Below, in pieces: positions 1-10,567 of a stretch of 64,000 nt of DNA (within the stretch, counting starts at the first letter, position 1; each line of letters begins with the position of its first letter). Where the stretch lies: NCBI GenBank assembly GCA_963708025.1, contig CAVPSB010000031.1, positions 32,001 through 96,000 on the forward strand, given 5' to 3'. The position numbers were made by a program, and so were the translations under genes. This DNA is from an uncultured Candidatus Rokubacteria bacterium (GTDB taxonomy: Bacteria > Methylomirabilota > Methylomirabilia > Rokubacteriales > DASRDR01). Below the pieces are notes generated by a model, which was given only the letters and a program-made list of their open reading frames with translations, was not told where the DNA came from and did not search any database.

Positions 1-451
1 TACGGCAGGGGGTCGGTCTCCACCAAGGAACCTGTTGGGGCGGGCGGAGCGGCGGTCGGGGCCGGTAGACCGGTCAGCCGGCGGGGGCCGGGGGGCGGCG
101 CCGGCCGGTGACCGGGGCCGACGCAGCCAGACCGGGGCGGTGGTCCCGGCCGACCGGCGCGTCCGGGCGGCCGGCCGGCAGATCCCGGCCGAGGTTCAGG
201 CTCTCCTTGACCGGCGCGGTGAACCGACCCGGTGTCGTGATCAGCCGTCGAGGCCCGAGCCGGCGATCCACCTCGCGGCGAAGCGCTCGTTTCTCATGCG
301 AGGCGATCAGCCAGCTGCGGGATTGAGCGAGCGCCAGGCAGGCCGCCTCCCCTTTCCCCTGAATCGCGCGCAGGTCTGCGTAGAGCCGCGCGGCAGAAGC
401 GCGGGAAGCAGGCGAGCGAGTTCCTGGGGGTCGGCGAGCGTGGTCTGGTGG

Positions 452-859
452 CTAGCGGACGTGGTAGCCGGAGATGATGTAATCGATCGCCTTTTGCAGG
501 ACCACGTCCCAAGCCTTCCGGGATTCCTCGGAGAACTCAGGATCTAGATCGGAGACGGCGCGGAGGAAGCTGGATTTCCAGTAGGGATACAGGGTGGGGG
601 GAATATCGAGGTTGGCCTTACTGTGGCTCTTGCGGATGCGCGCCAGCCCCTTCTTCCCGAGGGGATTCCCCTGGGCGAACATGACGGCTAGGTGGATGCC
701 ATGCTTGAGCAAGTCCTTTTGCGCCTGAAAATCCGTTCGAGCGAATCGCGGAGCGATTTGGGGGTTGCTCTTCAAGAAGATGTCGTAGAAGTGGCCGATT
801 AGGTCCTTGCCCATGCACCGCGTGAAGCTGCTTTTCACGATCTCTACGGCGTCGTTCAT
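452..859 (-). CDS. single-domain globin
   Basis: 135 aa with globin pattern FYDIFL..NPQIAPRFARTDF..QK, proximal His in KSHSKANLDI and H-helix AWDVVL; GAGGGAGAG RBS upstream. Confidence 0.85.
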   Translation of the reverse strand: MNDAVEIVKSSFTRCMGKDLIGHFYDIFLKSNPQIAPRFARTDFQAQKDLLKHGIHLAVMFAQGNPLGKKGLARIRKSHSKANLDIPPTLYPYWKSSFLRAVSDLDPEFSEESRKAWDVVLQKAIDYIISGYHVR

Positions 860-1163
860 CTCTCCCTCTGGGTACTTTTGCTCTTGAAGGATGCGACGGC
901 CCGGCTATGAAACCGCTTCAGAAGTTCGTCGCGGTTCTCGTTCATCGGGTTTCCCCTCCCTTAGTTCAGATCGGACGCTGGCCGGCCAGAACTGGGGAAA
1001 GGGCACGCCAGGGCTCCGGCCAGGTCGTCCCGGTCGGACGGCCGACAGCGGCCTGCCGCTCGTCCGGGACCGGCCGATCGCGCGGCGGTTGTCGAGGGCT
1101 GTCCCGTCTGGACGCGCCTTCGCGAGCGACAGCCGGCCGACCCGCGAGCCTTCGATTCGTCCC

Positions 1164-2855
1164 TCAGAACTCCTCGGCCTCGTCGTGCAGCCCGCCGCCA
1201 TTCCGCGGCGCGGACGCCATGGCGGGCATCCGGGGAGCCGGCGCCCGCTTGCCCCCGATGATCACCCCCGGCTCGACCGTGGCTGGCCGCCTGGTCGGCC
1301 CCTCGGCGGCGGCACCCGCGGTCCCGAGCTTGAAGCGCCCCACCAGCCGGTGCATGTCGCCGGACTGGGAGGCGAGCATCTGGGCGGTTGACGAGAGCTC
1401 CTCGGTCTGGGCCGCGTTCGACTGCACCACGTGGTCCATCTGGTTCACGGCCCGGTTGACCTGGTCGATCCCCTGGGACTGCTCCTGGCTGGCGGACGCG
1501 ATCTCGGCGATGATGTCCGTCACCCGCTTGACCGAGCTGACGATGTCCTCCAGGGCCTGCCCGGACCGGTTCACCAAGGCGGAGCCGTCGTCCACCTTCT
1601 GCACCGAGTCCCGGATCAGCGCCTTGATCTCCTTGGCGGCCGCCGCCGACCGTTGGGCCAGGTTCCGCACCTCGGCCGCCACCACCGCAAAGCCCCGGCC
1701 CTGCTCCCCCGCTCGGGCGGCCTCCACCGCCGCGTTCAGGGCCAGCAGGTTCGTCTGGAACGCGATCTCGTCGATCACCGTGATGATCTCGACGACCTTG
1801 CGCGAGGCGCGGCTGATCTCGTCCATGGCCGAGATCGCCTTGAGCACGACCTGGCCGCCCGCCGCCGCCGTGTCGCGGGCCCCCGCCGCCAGCTGGTTGG
1901 CCTGGCGGGCATTGTCCGCGTTCTGCTTGACCGTCCCCGTGATCTGCTCCAGGCTGGCGGTGGTCTCCTCCAGCGACGCGGCGTGTTCCTGGGTTCCGGA
2001 CGACAGGTGCGTGGCGGCGCCCGAGAGCTGCTGCGACGCCGTGCCGACGTGAGTCGAGGTGTCGCGGATCTCCTGGACCAGCGCGTGGAGCTTGTCGAGG
2101 AAGACGTTCAAGGAAGAGGCGAGCTGACCGACCTCGTCCCGCGCGACGACGGGGAGCCGCACCGTGAGATCAGCATCGCCCTGGGCGAGCTCGTCGAGCC
2201 GGTCGACGGCCGCCCGGAGGGGCCGCGTGATCCGACCGGACGCGTAGGCGTACGCCAGGATCCCGACGAGCAGCGAGAGAATCCCCACACCGAGGACGGT
2301 CCAGACGGCCTGCCGCGCCGCCGCTTCCACTTTCTGGGTGGAGACGCCGATCCGCACGACGCCGATCCGGCCCAGCCCCTTGTAGGTCACGGGCGCCACC
2401 ACCTCGAAGAGGCTCGGCGCGTCGGGAACGGTCGCCTGCACGAACCCGGTGGCCTGGGCCATGGTCTTGTCGAAGTCCGTCCGCAGGCCATTCAGCCGGC
2501 GGTCCGTCGTCGCGACGACCTCCCCCTTCGCACTGACGACGGCGGCGTAGGCCACGTCGGCATCGGCGGCCTTCGCCCCGTTGACGATCTGCTGCATGGC
2601 CTCGTCCTCGCCGAGCGAGAGCGGATCGGCCAGCCCGGTCGCGAGCGTCTTCACCAGGAGCTCCGCGCGCTTCGCGAGGCTCTCCGTCAGGGCGGCCTGG
2701 TTGGACCGAATGAACAGCGTGCCAAGCAGCGCGAGGGCGGTGACGAAGACCACCACGAAGGGCAGCATCAGCTTCGTGCGCAGCCCGACCCGTCTCCGGC
2801 CGTTCACCGTCGGCGCCTCCCGTCCGGCCTGATCCGGGACGTGGTCACTTGCCAC
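1164..2855 (-). CDS. methyl-accepting chemotaxis protein (2 TM, HAMP, MA domain)
   Basis: Signature [44 protein letters not shown] motif DEVGQLA; two hydrophobic segments. Confidence 0.95.
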   Translation of the reverse strand: MASDHVPDQAGREAPTVNGRRRVGLRTKLMLPFVVVFVTALALLGTLFIRSNQAALTESLAKRAELLVKTLATGLADPLSLGEDEAMQQIVNGAKAADADVAYAAVVSAKGEVVATTDRRLNGLRTDFDKTMAQATGFVQATVPDAPSLFEVVAPVTYKGLGRIGVVRIGVSTQKVEAAARQAVWTVLGVGILSLLVGILAYAYASGRITRPLRAAVDRLDELAQGDADLTVRLPVVARDEVGQLASSLNVFLDKLHALVQEIRDTSTHVGTASQQLSGAATHLSSGTQEHAASLEETTASLEQITGTVKQNADNARQANQLAAGARDTAAAGGQVVLKAISAMDEISRASRKVVEIITVIDEIAFQTNLLALNAAVEAARAGEQGRGFAVVAAEVRNLAQRSAAAAKEIKALIRDSVQKVDDGSALVNRSGQALEDIVSSVKRVTDIIAEIASASQEQSQGIDQVNRAVNQMDHVVQSNAAQTEELSSTAQMLASQSGDMHRLVGRFKLGTAGAAAEGPTRRPATVEPGVIIGGKRAPAPRMPAMASAPRNGGGLHDEAEEF

Positions 2856-3864
2856 TGGCGGCCTCCTTCAGCAGGCTGAGGTCGACCAGTTCGGCGGCCT
2901 TCTGGCTCGACTTGGCGATCCCCAGCGACCGCGACCAGCCGATCTCGCGGTCGAAGAACTCCATGTCCTTGTCGCTGATGGCGTAGTCGAAGCCCACCCG
3001 CTCCCGGGCCATCCGCGCGATCTCGGTCGTCACCCCGTCCTGCTTGAACGCCCGGGCGATGAGGTCGTTCGCCTCTCCCTGGCTGGTTGTGAGGAACTTC
3101 ACGGCATCGACGTGCGCCCGCAGGGCCCGGACCACGGCGTCCCGGTTCTCCTTCAGGAAGTCCGTCCGCACGACCACGACGTACCACGGGTGATGCGGCG
3201 CGGCGTCCACCGTGTTCACGATGACCTTCGTCTGTCCCCCGAGCAGGTACTGGGTGGTGAACGGCTCCACCGTCATCGCCCCGTCCACCTGCTTGTTCAT
3301 CACGACCTCGCCCTTGCCTTCCTCCGCCATCTGGATGACCTGCACATCCGTCTCGGGATCCAGCCCCCCGAGCTCGCGGAGTAGGAAGGCGCGGAGGATC
3401 ACGTCGTTACCGCTGTTCTTCCGCGACCCGGCGACCTTCTTGCCCTTGAGGTCCTTGAGGGCGTTGATCCCCGAGTCCTTCCGCACCAGGATCGAGCCGA
3501 GCCCGAAGCTCGACTTGGCGATCACGGCGACCGACAGACCGCCGCGCAGCATGTCGTGGTAGGTCGGCAGGAACCCGACGTAGGCGATGTCGAGCTCCTT
3601 GGTGGAGAGGCCGCGGGACACGGCCGGCCCGGAGGCGAACGACTTCACCTCGGCGTCGAGGCCGTGCTTCTTGAACAGACCCTTCTCTTCGGCCACGACG
3701 GCGGGCGAGTTCCCCATGTGGTAGTTCCACCCGACCTTCACCTTCTTGGCGGCTTGCCCATCACTCTGGGAGACCAGCGCGGTCGAGACCATCACGCACC
3801 CGAGGAAAAGGGCCAGCACCGGCTTGGCGAGTGTCCCTGTCATCGTTCGGTTCCTCCCAATCAC
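2845..3864 (-). CDS. SsuA/NMT1/THI5-like substrate-binding protein
   Basis: Signal peptide; motifs [21 protein letters not shown] and EPF; overlaps the MCP start by 11 nt. Confidence 0.88.
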   Translation of the reverse strand: MIGRNRTMTGTLAKPVLALFLGCVMVSTALVSQSDGQAAKKVKVGWNYHMGNSPAVVAEEKGLFKKHGLDAEVKSFASGPAVSRGLSTKELDIAYVGFLPTYHDMLRGGLSVAVIAKSSFGLGSILVRKDSGINALKDLKGKKVAGSRKNSGNDVILRAFLLRELGGLDPETDVQVIQMAEEGKGEVVMNKQVDGAMTVEPFTTQYLLGGQTKVIVNTVDAAPHHPWYVVVVRTDFLKENRDAVVRALRAHVDAVKFLTTSQGEANDLIARAFKQDGVTTEIARMARERVGFDYAISDKDMEFFDREIGWSRSLGIAKSSQKAAELVDLSLLKEAASGK

Positions 3865-4498
3865 GACTGACCGAGTCGCGGGCTACGGGAGCCTTCTCCC
3901 GGCGTCGACTCCGGCTCACTGGAGAAGCTGCCGCTCGCAGCGATCACGTGGCCGCGGTTCATCGTTCCGGAGCGGGCGACATGGCGATGCTGCGAGCCTC
4001 ATCAGTAGAACCGATCGACCTCGGAAACACCTTGGAAAATGTGCAGGAGCGTGCTGCGTGATCTGCCTCTCAGCGACGCTGTGCGGCGCGAACTGGCCGA
4101 AAGGAGGCTAGGGAGGCGGAAGTGGCCACGATCTGGCCAGGGGCCCCGCGCTGCCCCCGATTACAGTCTACGGCCAGTTCGAGGTCGATCCGTGCCGGCG
4201 AGCGCCGCGCCGACCCTCGGCCGCCGGCGGCCATTGGGGCGGGCCCAGGATCCCGACGCGGCGGCCGCCCTGCGTCATGGCGCCGCTCCGCTGGAGCGGG
4301 CAGACGCCGTCGACTTGAGGTCGCCCGGGCTGAGCCCCGTCCGCCCGACGTCGGCCCCAAGGTGGGGGCGCGCGCGGGCGGCAGTGAGCCCGCGGACACG
4401 AGCATTCGGGCGAGCGTCCCACGGCCAGCACAGGCGCGTGACGGGGAGCGAATCACGCCGCCACCCGACCATCGAGCGGCGGCGTGACGATCTGCCGA

Positions 4499-5256
4499 TC
4501 AGAGCGGGCAGGCCCCGAAGTGCGTCGGCCCCTGCTTGAACAGCAGCCTGTTGGCGAGGATCTCGTCGGCGATGGCCTGGCCCACGCCGATCGCGAACCC
4601 ATTGCTGAAGCTGAAGTGGAAGCCGCCGACAACGCGCGAGAGACCAGCCTCGGCCGCGGCCGCCGAGAAGCTCGGGTACGTCCGGGGTGCGTTGGGGAGG
4701 GGTTGGGGCGGAGTGGTTGGCGTCGTGTCCGCCGTGAAGGTGAACGAGATGTTGTCATTGCAGAAGAAGCCCGCCAACGCCCGCGCGGCCGATCCACTGA
4801 ACGTGCTGTGGCCGGACCAGTACTCCGGCGACCCACCGACGCTGCCGGCGCGGGCCGTCCAGGTCGCATCCCTGTCCGTGAAGGAGTTACCGTCCGTGTC
4901 GGCCTCCCGGATCGCCGTGGTCGGCCGCCAGTGCCGGAATATGAACTTCGTCATGTACGTGGGAGCCACAGTGTCGGCCATGGCCATGCTGACCAGCGTG
5001 AAGAGCCGCGTGGCGTTGACGAGCCCCAGCTCCGGGCTCGACGAGACCGCCTCCGTGACCTGGATCCACGCCCCTGGAGGCTGGCTCGTACTCGCGCCGA
5101 GGCTCCAGAACCGGAAGGTGGCGAGCTTGCCGTCATCGGCGATGCCACCGTTGCCGAGGAGCTTGACCTCGGTGAAGGCCGCCGCGTAGTCGAGGCTCGT
5201 CAGCGCGGGCGGGCCGGTGACACTCACGTAGACGCTGGAGTCGGCGATCCCGAAGG
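4499..5256 (-). pseudogene. C-terminal part of a vanadium-dependent haloperoxidase / PAP2-like protein (5' truncated)
   Basis: Motifs KFIFRHWRP, PEYWSGH and SRVVGGFH; no start codon, and the upstream sequence is unrelated. Confidence 0.75.
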
Positions 5257-5465
5257 CGCGATCGTCGGCGCGACGTCGATGTTGCCGGAGGGAGTCTGGC
5301 TCCGCAGCCCGCTCCTGAAGTGCGGTCCGGCGGCGATCAAGGTGTTCCGTACGTTGACCCGCCCGGGCGTGCCGTGGTCGCCGCGGCGCACCCACATCCC
5401 CGTGTACGTCGTGCCCTTCACGCCCTGCAGGGTGGCCTCGGGGTCGTCGTTGTAGGCCACGAACA
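5257..5465 (-). pseudogene. fragment of an alkaline-phosphatase-superfamily phosphodiesterase
   Basis: RGDHG...VRNTLIAAGPHFRSG..SGNIDVAPTIA is typical of the C-terminal region of type I phosphodiesterases. Confidence 0.6.
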
Positions 5466-5738
5466 GGCGTCATGTTGGCGAGCCCCTCAGCCCCGGCAAG
5501 GCCCGTACCCACGTCCGATGGCGGCGAGCAGGCGAGAAGCTCAACGGCTGAGGACCGCTTTCCCGCCTGGACGCAAACGGCCTTCTGGCGTGACCGTCTG
5601 GCGAAAAGCCTACCCAAAAGCAGACCGCGTTTGCACAAACCAGAAAGGCCCTGGCGCCGTCCGCCCACTGCTGGCGCGGGCCCGCCGTCTGAAATTGGCC
5701 GACCGTACCGATCCGGCTGCCGCGACGGCGGCACCCAT

Positions 5739-5754
5739 TGGCACGAAGCTCGCA
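5739..5754 (+). promoter_or_regulatory. putative sigma-54 (-24/-12) promoter upstream of the RRE operon
   Basis: TGGCACGAAGCTCGCA versus consensus TGGCACG-N4-TTGCW (one mismatch). Confidence 0.45.
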
Positions 5755-6010
5755 CTCTAGGGTCGCGCCTTTGCAGCTGAACCCTGCGATGTGGCCCTCG
5801 CACCCACGACGAATCGTCAGCGAGGGGCGAAATAGCGGAGATTGCGCGGGGGGAGGCGCCATGACCGGCCAAGTCGGGTGTCCCTGTGATCGTGGGCCTT
5901 GGGGTCACGGAGGGCGGCATGCGGATGACCGACGGAATGGTCGAGCTCCTGGAGCAGCGGCTATGAGCAGCGGGGATTGACCGTCGAGGCTTCCTGAGAG
6001 GAGGAGTGCG

Positions 6011-6472
6011 GTGGTCACTATGCAGAGTCGGTTTCGACTGAACGAGCAAGAGGCTTCGGCGAGCTTTATTGACGGCGAGGCGATCATGATGAACATTGGC
6101 ACGGGAGTCTATTACAGTACGGATGCGGTAGGCGCGCGCATTTGGGAGCTGGCAGCAGCGGCATACAGCCCCGCCGAGATCGGAGAGATACTTGCGGGCG
6201 AGTACGAAGTGGGACCCGATCAGGCGCGCGCCGACACGCTGGAGCTCGTCGGCAAGTTTGTTGACGAGGAGCTGGTGCGTCCGGCTGACCCTGTGCGCGT
6301 TCCCGAGCTTCCTCGAACCGATTCCGCTCGCGGTAAGAAGCCATACACCCACCCAACCCTCGACATTTATCGTGAGATCGGACACTTGCTCGCCCTGGAC
6401 CCGCCAATGCCCGGCCTTGAAAACATTTCGTGGGGCGACGCGCCCGCCGGTCCGACGCAGGCGGGCAGCTGA
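6011..6472 (+). CDS. PqqD-family RiPP recognition element with a C-terminal leader-like extension
   Basis: RRE fold pattern IDGEAIMMNIGTGVYYSTDAVGARIWEL..EYEV..ARADTLELV; tail KKPYTHPTL (YxxPxL); GAGGAG RBS (start at 6011 or 6020). Confidence 0.88.
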   Translation: MVTMQSRFRLNEQEASASFIDGEAIMMNIGTGVYYSTDAVGARIWELAAAAYSPAEIGEILAGEYEVGPDQARADTLELVGKFVDEELVRPADPVRVPELPRTDSARGKKPYTHPTLDIYREIGHLLALDPPMPGLENISWGDAPAGPTQAGS

Positions 6473-6489
6473 CGAAAGGCGTACCGGGC

Positions 6490-7626
6490 GTGCAAGACAC
6501 TGCCACCCTCGTCGAACCCCTGCTCGCGGCAGAGTGGTTCGCTCACGTCGGTGCGCGTTTTGATCATGCGCAAGTTGCGCATCCGCAGGCGTTCTGCGAG
6601 AGATACTATCTTGCAGCAGGCAGGCCGATCGTAATTCGATGCGTCGGCCGCCGCTTCGCGGACCACCTGTACCGTGCGTTCGCGCACCTGGCGATCGCGC
6701 CGGTCGCCGCACCCGCGCTCACCATCGAGTTGTGGGACGAGGGCGAGACCGGAATCTCGTATCCCCTTGCCACATACCCGATTGAACCCGGATTGACGCA
6801 CAACTCGGAGGGCGAAGTCTTACGTGCGGATACAACCAGTCGTTTTTTTTGGTCTGAAAAGGAGGGCGCGGTGACGTGGCTGGACCGCAAGACGAGTCGA
6901 ATTCGCGGGTGGCGCGCCAACGGCAACCCTCCGCCGACGCACGAGCGCTCCAAGCCCATGACTTTTTTATTGTCGCTGTGGCTGTACGATCGGGACATTC
7001 ACGTATTGCACGCGGGAATGACAGCACGCGGCGAAAGAGGCGTCTTGATCGCCGGGGGCAGCGGCATTGGCAAGACCACTACGGCGCTCTCTTGCCTGAT
7101 CGGCGGATTTGACTATTTGTCAGACGATCAAATTGCGGTAGAGCAAGTGTCGAGTGAATCCACCGGGGGTGCGCCCGTTCCAACCGATACGGTGATCGCG
7201 CATAGTCTCTTTCACAGCGCACGCCTCGAACCTGCCCACCTGGCCAACTTTCCTGCCCTCCAACCCCACGCCATACCGAGCACGGATGCGTTTCATCAAA
7301 AATTCCTGGTCCTCTTGGCTGAACTGTTCCCGGAACGGATCCGGCGGCGCGCCGTGATTTGTGCGCTCGTGCTGCCCCGAGTGGGATCAAGTGCGGAAAC
7401 ACGGTTCCGGCAAGCCCGGCGCGTCGAGGCGTTTACATATATGGCGCGGACGTCGCTGTTGACACCTCTCGGAGCGGGACGGCGGCGATTCGAGCGGGTA
7501 AATCAGCTCCTCGCCCGCGTACCCTGTTACTGGCTCGAGTTGGGTCACGATTTGACAACTATTCCGGCGGCGCTCGACCGGATCTTGAGCGAGAGCGTAC
7601 CGCCTGCCGGGCAAGGCGCCGAATGA
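6490..7626 (+). CDS. HPr-kinase-like P-loop serine kinase
   Basis: LHAG...GVLIAGGSGIGKTT (Walker A)...YLSDD; likely GTG start at 6490. Confidence 0.82.
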   Translation: MQDTATLVEPLLAAEWFAHVGARFDHAQVAHPQAFCERYYLAAGRPIVIRCVGRRFADHLYRAFAHLAIAPVAAPALTIELWDEGETGISYPLATYPIEPGLTHNSEGEVLRADTTSRFFWSEKEGAVTWLDRKTSRIRGWRANGNPPPTHERSKPMTFLLSLWLYDRDIHVLHAGMTARGERGVLIAGGSGIGKTTTALSCLIGGFDYLSDDQIAVEQVSSESTGGAPVPTDTVIAHSLFHSARLEPAHLANFPALQPHAIPSTDAFHQKFLVLLAELFPERIRRRAVICALVLPRVGSSAETRFRQARRVEAFTYMARTSLLTPLGAGRRRFERVNQLLARVPCYWLELGHDLTTIPAALDRILSESVPPAGQGAE

Positions 7627-8321
7627 ATCCCCTCGTCAGCTGCATCGTGGCGGTTTACAACGGCGAGCGATTCCTGGCAGAGACGCTCGAGAGCATTTTC
7701 GCTCAGACGTACGAGCCGCTGGAAGTGCTCGTCGTAGATGATGGTTCGACCGACCGTACGCGCGAGGTGGTGGAGCGGTGGGGCGCGCGCATCCGATACA
7801 TCTGGCAGGAAAATGCCGGGCCGGTCAAAGCACGCAACAAGGGAATCGCCGCCGCGCAGGGGGACTTGATCGCCTTTACAGATGCGGATGACCTTTGGCT
7901 TCCGGACAAGACGGCGCGCCAGGTAGCGCGCCTCGTCTCGCCGCCGGTCATCGGCGGGAGCGTGACGCTGATCCAGAATTTTTGGATGGATGAGCTTGAA
8001 CACGAGCGGGAGCAGCTCAAGAATCACCCGCGCGCCCAACCGCTGCCGGGGTATGTTGTTCAGACCCTCATGGTCCACCGGAGGACCTTTGACCGGCTTG
8101 GCTTGTTTGATACCACACTGATCCATGCGTCCGAATTGGACTGGTTCCTCCGCGCGGAACAAGCCGGAGAGGTTATCGAACTGCTGTCCGAGGTGCTGGT
8201 CCGCCGTCGAATGCACTTGAACAGCATGACCCGCCAGGGCGGAGACCGCAGCCGCAAGGAGCATTTGCGTGTGCTCAAGCGCCACCGGGACCGGCAGCGC
8301 GTGCGCCGGGACGAGGGATGA
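7623..8321 (+). CDS. glycosyltransferase family 2
   Basis: VSCIVAVYNGERFL, VVDDGSTD, ARNKG and FTDADD motifs; ATGA overlap with the kinase gene. Confidence 0.93.
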   Translation: MNPLVSCIVAVYNGERFLAETLESIFAQTYEPLEVLVVDDGSTDRTREVVERWGARIRYIWQENAGPVKARNKGIAAAQGDLIAFTDADDLWLPDKTARQVARLVSPPVIGGSVTLIQNFWMDELEHEREQLKNHPRAQPLPGYVVQTLMVHRRTFDRLGLFDTTLIHASELDWFLRAEQAGEVIELLSEVLVRRRMHLNSMTRQGGDRSRKEHLRVLKRHRDRQRVRRDEG

Positions 8322-9466
8322 AGGCCCTTCTCTGGACCGAAAAGTTCTACCCCGCGCTCGGCGGCGCCGAGCACGGTGCCCTTCAATTGATTCAGGCGCT
8401 GCGAGCGCGCGGTCATGTTTTCGCGGTTGTCACCACTCACTTTGACCCGAGCTTGCCCCAGGTCGAGGTCCATTCAGGAGTTCTCATTCGCCGGTTCAAT
8501 CTCCACGCTTCAATCGCCGCGGGAGATCTTTCTCAAATAGTTCGAGAGCGGCAGCGTGTGGCCGGGTTCAAGCGCGAGTTCGCCCCCGATCTCGACCACA
8601 TTTTCGGAATCAGAGCACTGGGGGTTTTTTATTTACACACCCGCGCGTCCTTTCCTGCGCCCCTACTTGTCTCGCTGCGGAACAGTATCTCGGAATTCCG
8701 GGGCGCGCTAAGCGAGGACAGTGTGCCACGCGCAGTGCTGGCAAGCGCCGATTGGGTCACCACGCTCGTGCGGCAAGATATTGATCCCCTCCTCAACCTG
8801 CTGCCGCAACTGGCCCGGCGAATTTCCTATATCACGAATGCGATCCAACCGCTCGCTCTCAACCCCGTACCTCTGCCGGAGACGCCGCGCCTGCTGTGCG
8901 TGGCGCGCTTGGCAGAGCAAAAGCGGCTCGACCTCTTGCTCCGTGCCTTTGCTGAGGTGATTCTGTCCGCTCCGCGTGCGACCCTGACGATCGCGGGCGA
9001 CGGGCCCGACCGCCCGCAGCTGGAACGGCAGGTCGCCGAGCTTGGATTAGCGAGCTCGGTCCAATTCCTCGGCTGGGTTCCTCCCCCCGAAATTCCGAAT
9101 CTCATTAACTCGGCGACTTGTCTCGTGCTGGCGTCCGATCGCGAAGGCATCCCACGGGTCGGATTGGAGGCGGCCGCGCTCGAACGGCCGTTGATCGCTA
9201 CGCGAGTGGGCGGCGTGCCGGATTTCGTTGTGGACGGGGAGACAGGGCTGTTGACGCCGCCCGGCGATGTCAGCGCGCTTGCCCGCGCGATCACTTTTAT
9301 GCTCAGTCACCCGGAGCGCGCGGCCGCGATGGGGCTTGCGGCGCGAACAAGAGCGCAAGAACATTTTCGCTTTGAGCAGGTAGCAGATGCATTTGACACG
9401 CTCTACCGGCAGCTAGCTCGAGCCGAGCCGACGAGGGAAAATGAATGTCTTGTTTTGGACCAGTAA
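8318..9466 (+). CDS. glycosyltransferase family 4
   Basis: FYPALGGAE, ARLAEQK, EGIPRVGLEAAA and TRVGGVPDFV motifs. Confidence 0.93.
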   Translation: MKALLWTEKFYPALGGAEHGALQLIQALRARGHVFAVVTTHFDPSLPQVEVHSGVLIRRFNLHASIAAGDLSQIVRERQRVAGFKREFAPDLDHIFGIRALGVFYLHTRASFPAPLLVSLRNSISEFRGALSEDSVPRAVLASADWVTTLVRQDIDPLLNLLPQLARRISYITNAIQPLALNPVPLPETPRLLCVARLAEQKRLDLLLRAFAEVILSAPRATLTIAGDGPDRPQLERQVAELGLASSVQFLGWVPPPEIPNLINSATCLVLASDREGIPRVGLEAAALERPLIATRVGGVPDFVVDGETGLLTPPGDVSALARAITFMLSHPERAAAMGLAARTRAQEHFRFEQVADAFDTLYRQLARAEPTRENECLVLDQ

Positions 9467-10553
9467 TTTTCCGCCCTCGATCGGGGGTGTGCAAACGGTC
9501 GCGGCGGAGCTGCTGCCGGCTCTGCGAGCTCGCGGCCACGAGCTGACGGTAATTACGACGCACGTCAATTACACTCTGCCCGACGAAACGACCTTTGAAG
9601 GAATTCCCGTTCACCGTTTGCACTTTTTGGCCGCGCTGAACACATGGGATGGACGATCGGTCCTCCAGGTGGGCCGTCGCGCGGCAAGCCTTGTCCGCCG
9701 GATCGCACCCGATGTGCTCCACCTGTTTGGGATCGGGGCGACCGACGTGTTCTTTATTATGGCGCGCAAGAATCTCCCCGCGCCGACGCTGGTCACTTTG
9801 CAGAATGAAAACTCGAAATTACTGCGCGAGCACAAGCATCCCTCGCACCTGTCCAGCGTACTCGCGTATGCGGACCGTGTTACGACCGTTGCCCGCGTCG
9901 AGGTAGAACGGCTCGCCCAGCTCGAGCCCCGGCTGGAAGGACGGGTCTCTTATATCTACAACACACTCAAGCCGCCTGCAGTCGAGCCGGCGCCCCTCCC
10001 GGCGGCGCCGCGCCTGCTGGCATTGGGTCGGCTTGTGCCTCAAAAGTCATTTGAGGTTGCTCTATGCGCGTTCGCGCGCGTTGCTCCAACCTATCCGGAT
10101 GCGCGTTTGATCGTCGCCGGAGACGGACCCGAGCGCACCAAGTTAGAGAACCTCGCTGCGGAATTAGGGATAGAAAATGCGATAGAGTTCAGGGGTTGGG
10201 TGCAGCCCGAGGAGGTCCCCGCCTTGATCAATCAAGTCACGGCCGTCGTCCTGCCTTCGCAGCTCGAAGGGCTGCCGCTGGTCGGGATCGAGGCTGCCCA
10301 GCTGCGGCGGGCCTTGCTTGCGACGCGCGTAGGGGGACTGCCCGAGCTGGTGCTGGATGGTGAAACGGGCTTTTTGTCAGAGCCGGGGGATGTTGCCGCG
10401 CTGGCGGCGGCAATGGACGTCGTGCTGGCGAACCCGGAGCGCGCGCGGGCCATGGGCCTGGCGGCACAACAGCACGCCCTCGAGGTCTTTTCCTTTGATG
10501 GCATGGTGGACGCGTATGATCAGCTCTACCGCGAGCTAGGCACTCGCGCGTAG
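9441..10553 (+). CDS. glycosyltransferase family 4
   Basis: FPPSIGGVQ, GRLVPQK and EGLPLVGIEAA motifs. Confidence 0.93.
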   Translation: MNVLFWTSNFPPSIGGVQTVAAELLPALRARGHELTVITTHVNYTLPDETTFEGIPVHRLHFLAALNTWDGRSVLQVGRRAASLVRRIAPDVLHLFGIGATDVFFIMARKNLPAPTLVTLQNENSKLLREHKHPSHLSSVLAYADRVTTVARVEVERLAQLEPRLEGRVSYIYNTLKPPAVEPAPLPAAPRLLALGRLVPQKSFEVALCAFARVAPTYPDARLIVAGDGPERTKLENLAAELGIENAIEFRGWVQPEEVPALINQVTAVVLPSQLEGLPLVGIEAAQLRRALLATRVGGLPELVLDGETGFLSEPGDVAALAAAMDVVLANPERARAMGLAAQQHALEVFSFDGMVDAYDQLYRELGTRA

Positions 10554-10567
10554 AACTTGTCGGTCGC

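Noticed and set aside
1-450. Short ORFs at the window start
   Set aside because: Arg/Pro/Gly-rich with no recognisable motif; likely non-coding or shadow ORFs.
4499-6712. 737-aa ORF as a single gene
   Set aside because: Only the last ~250 codons are protein-like; the rest is antisense to the RRE gene and intergenic DNA.
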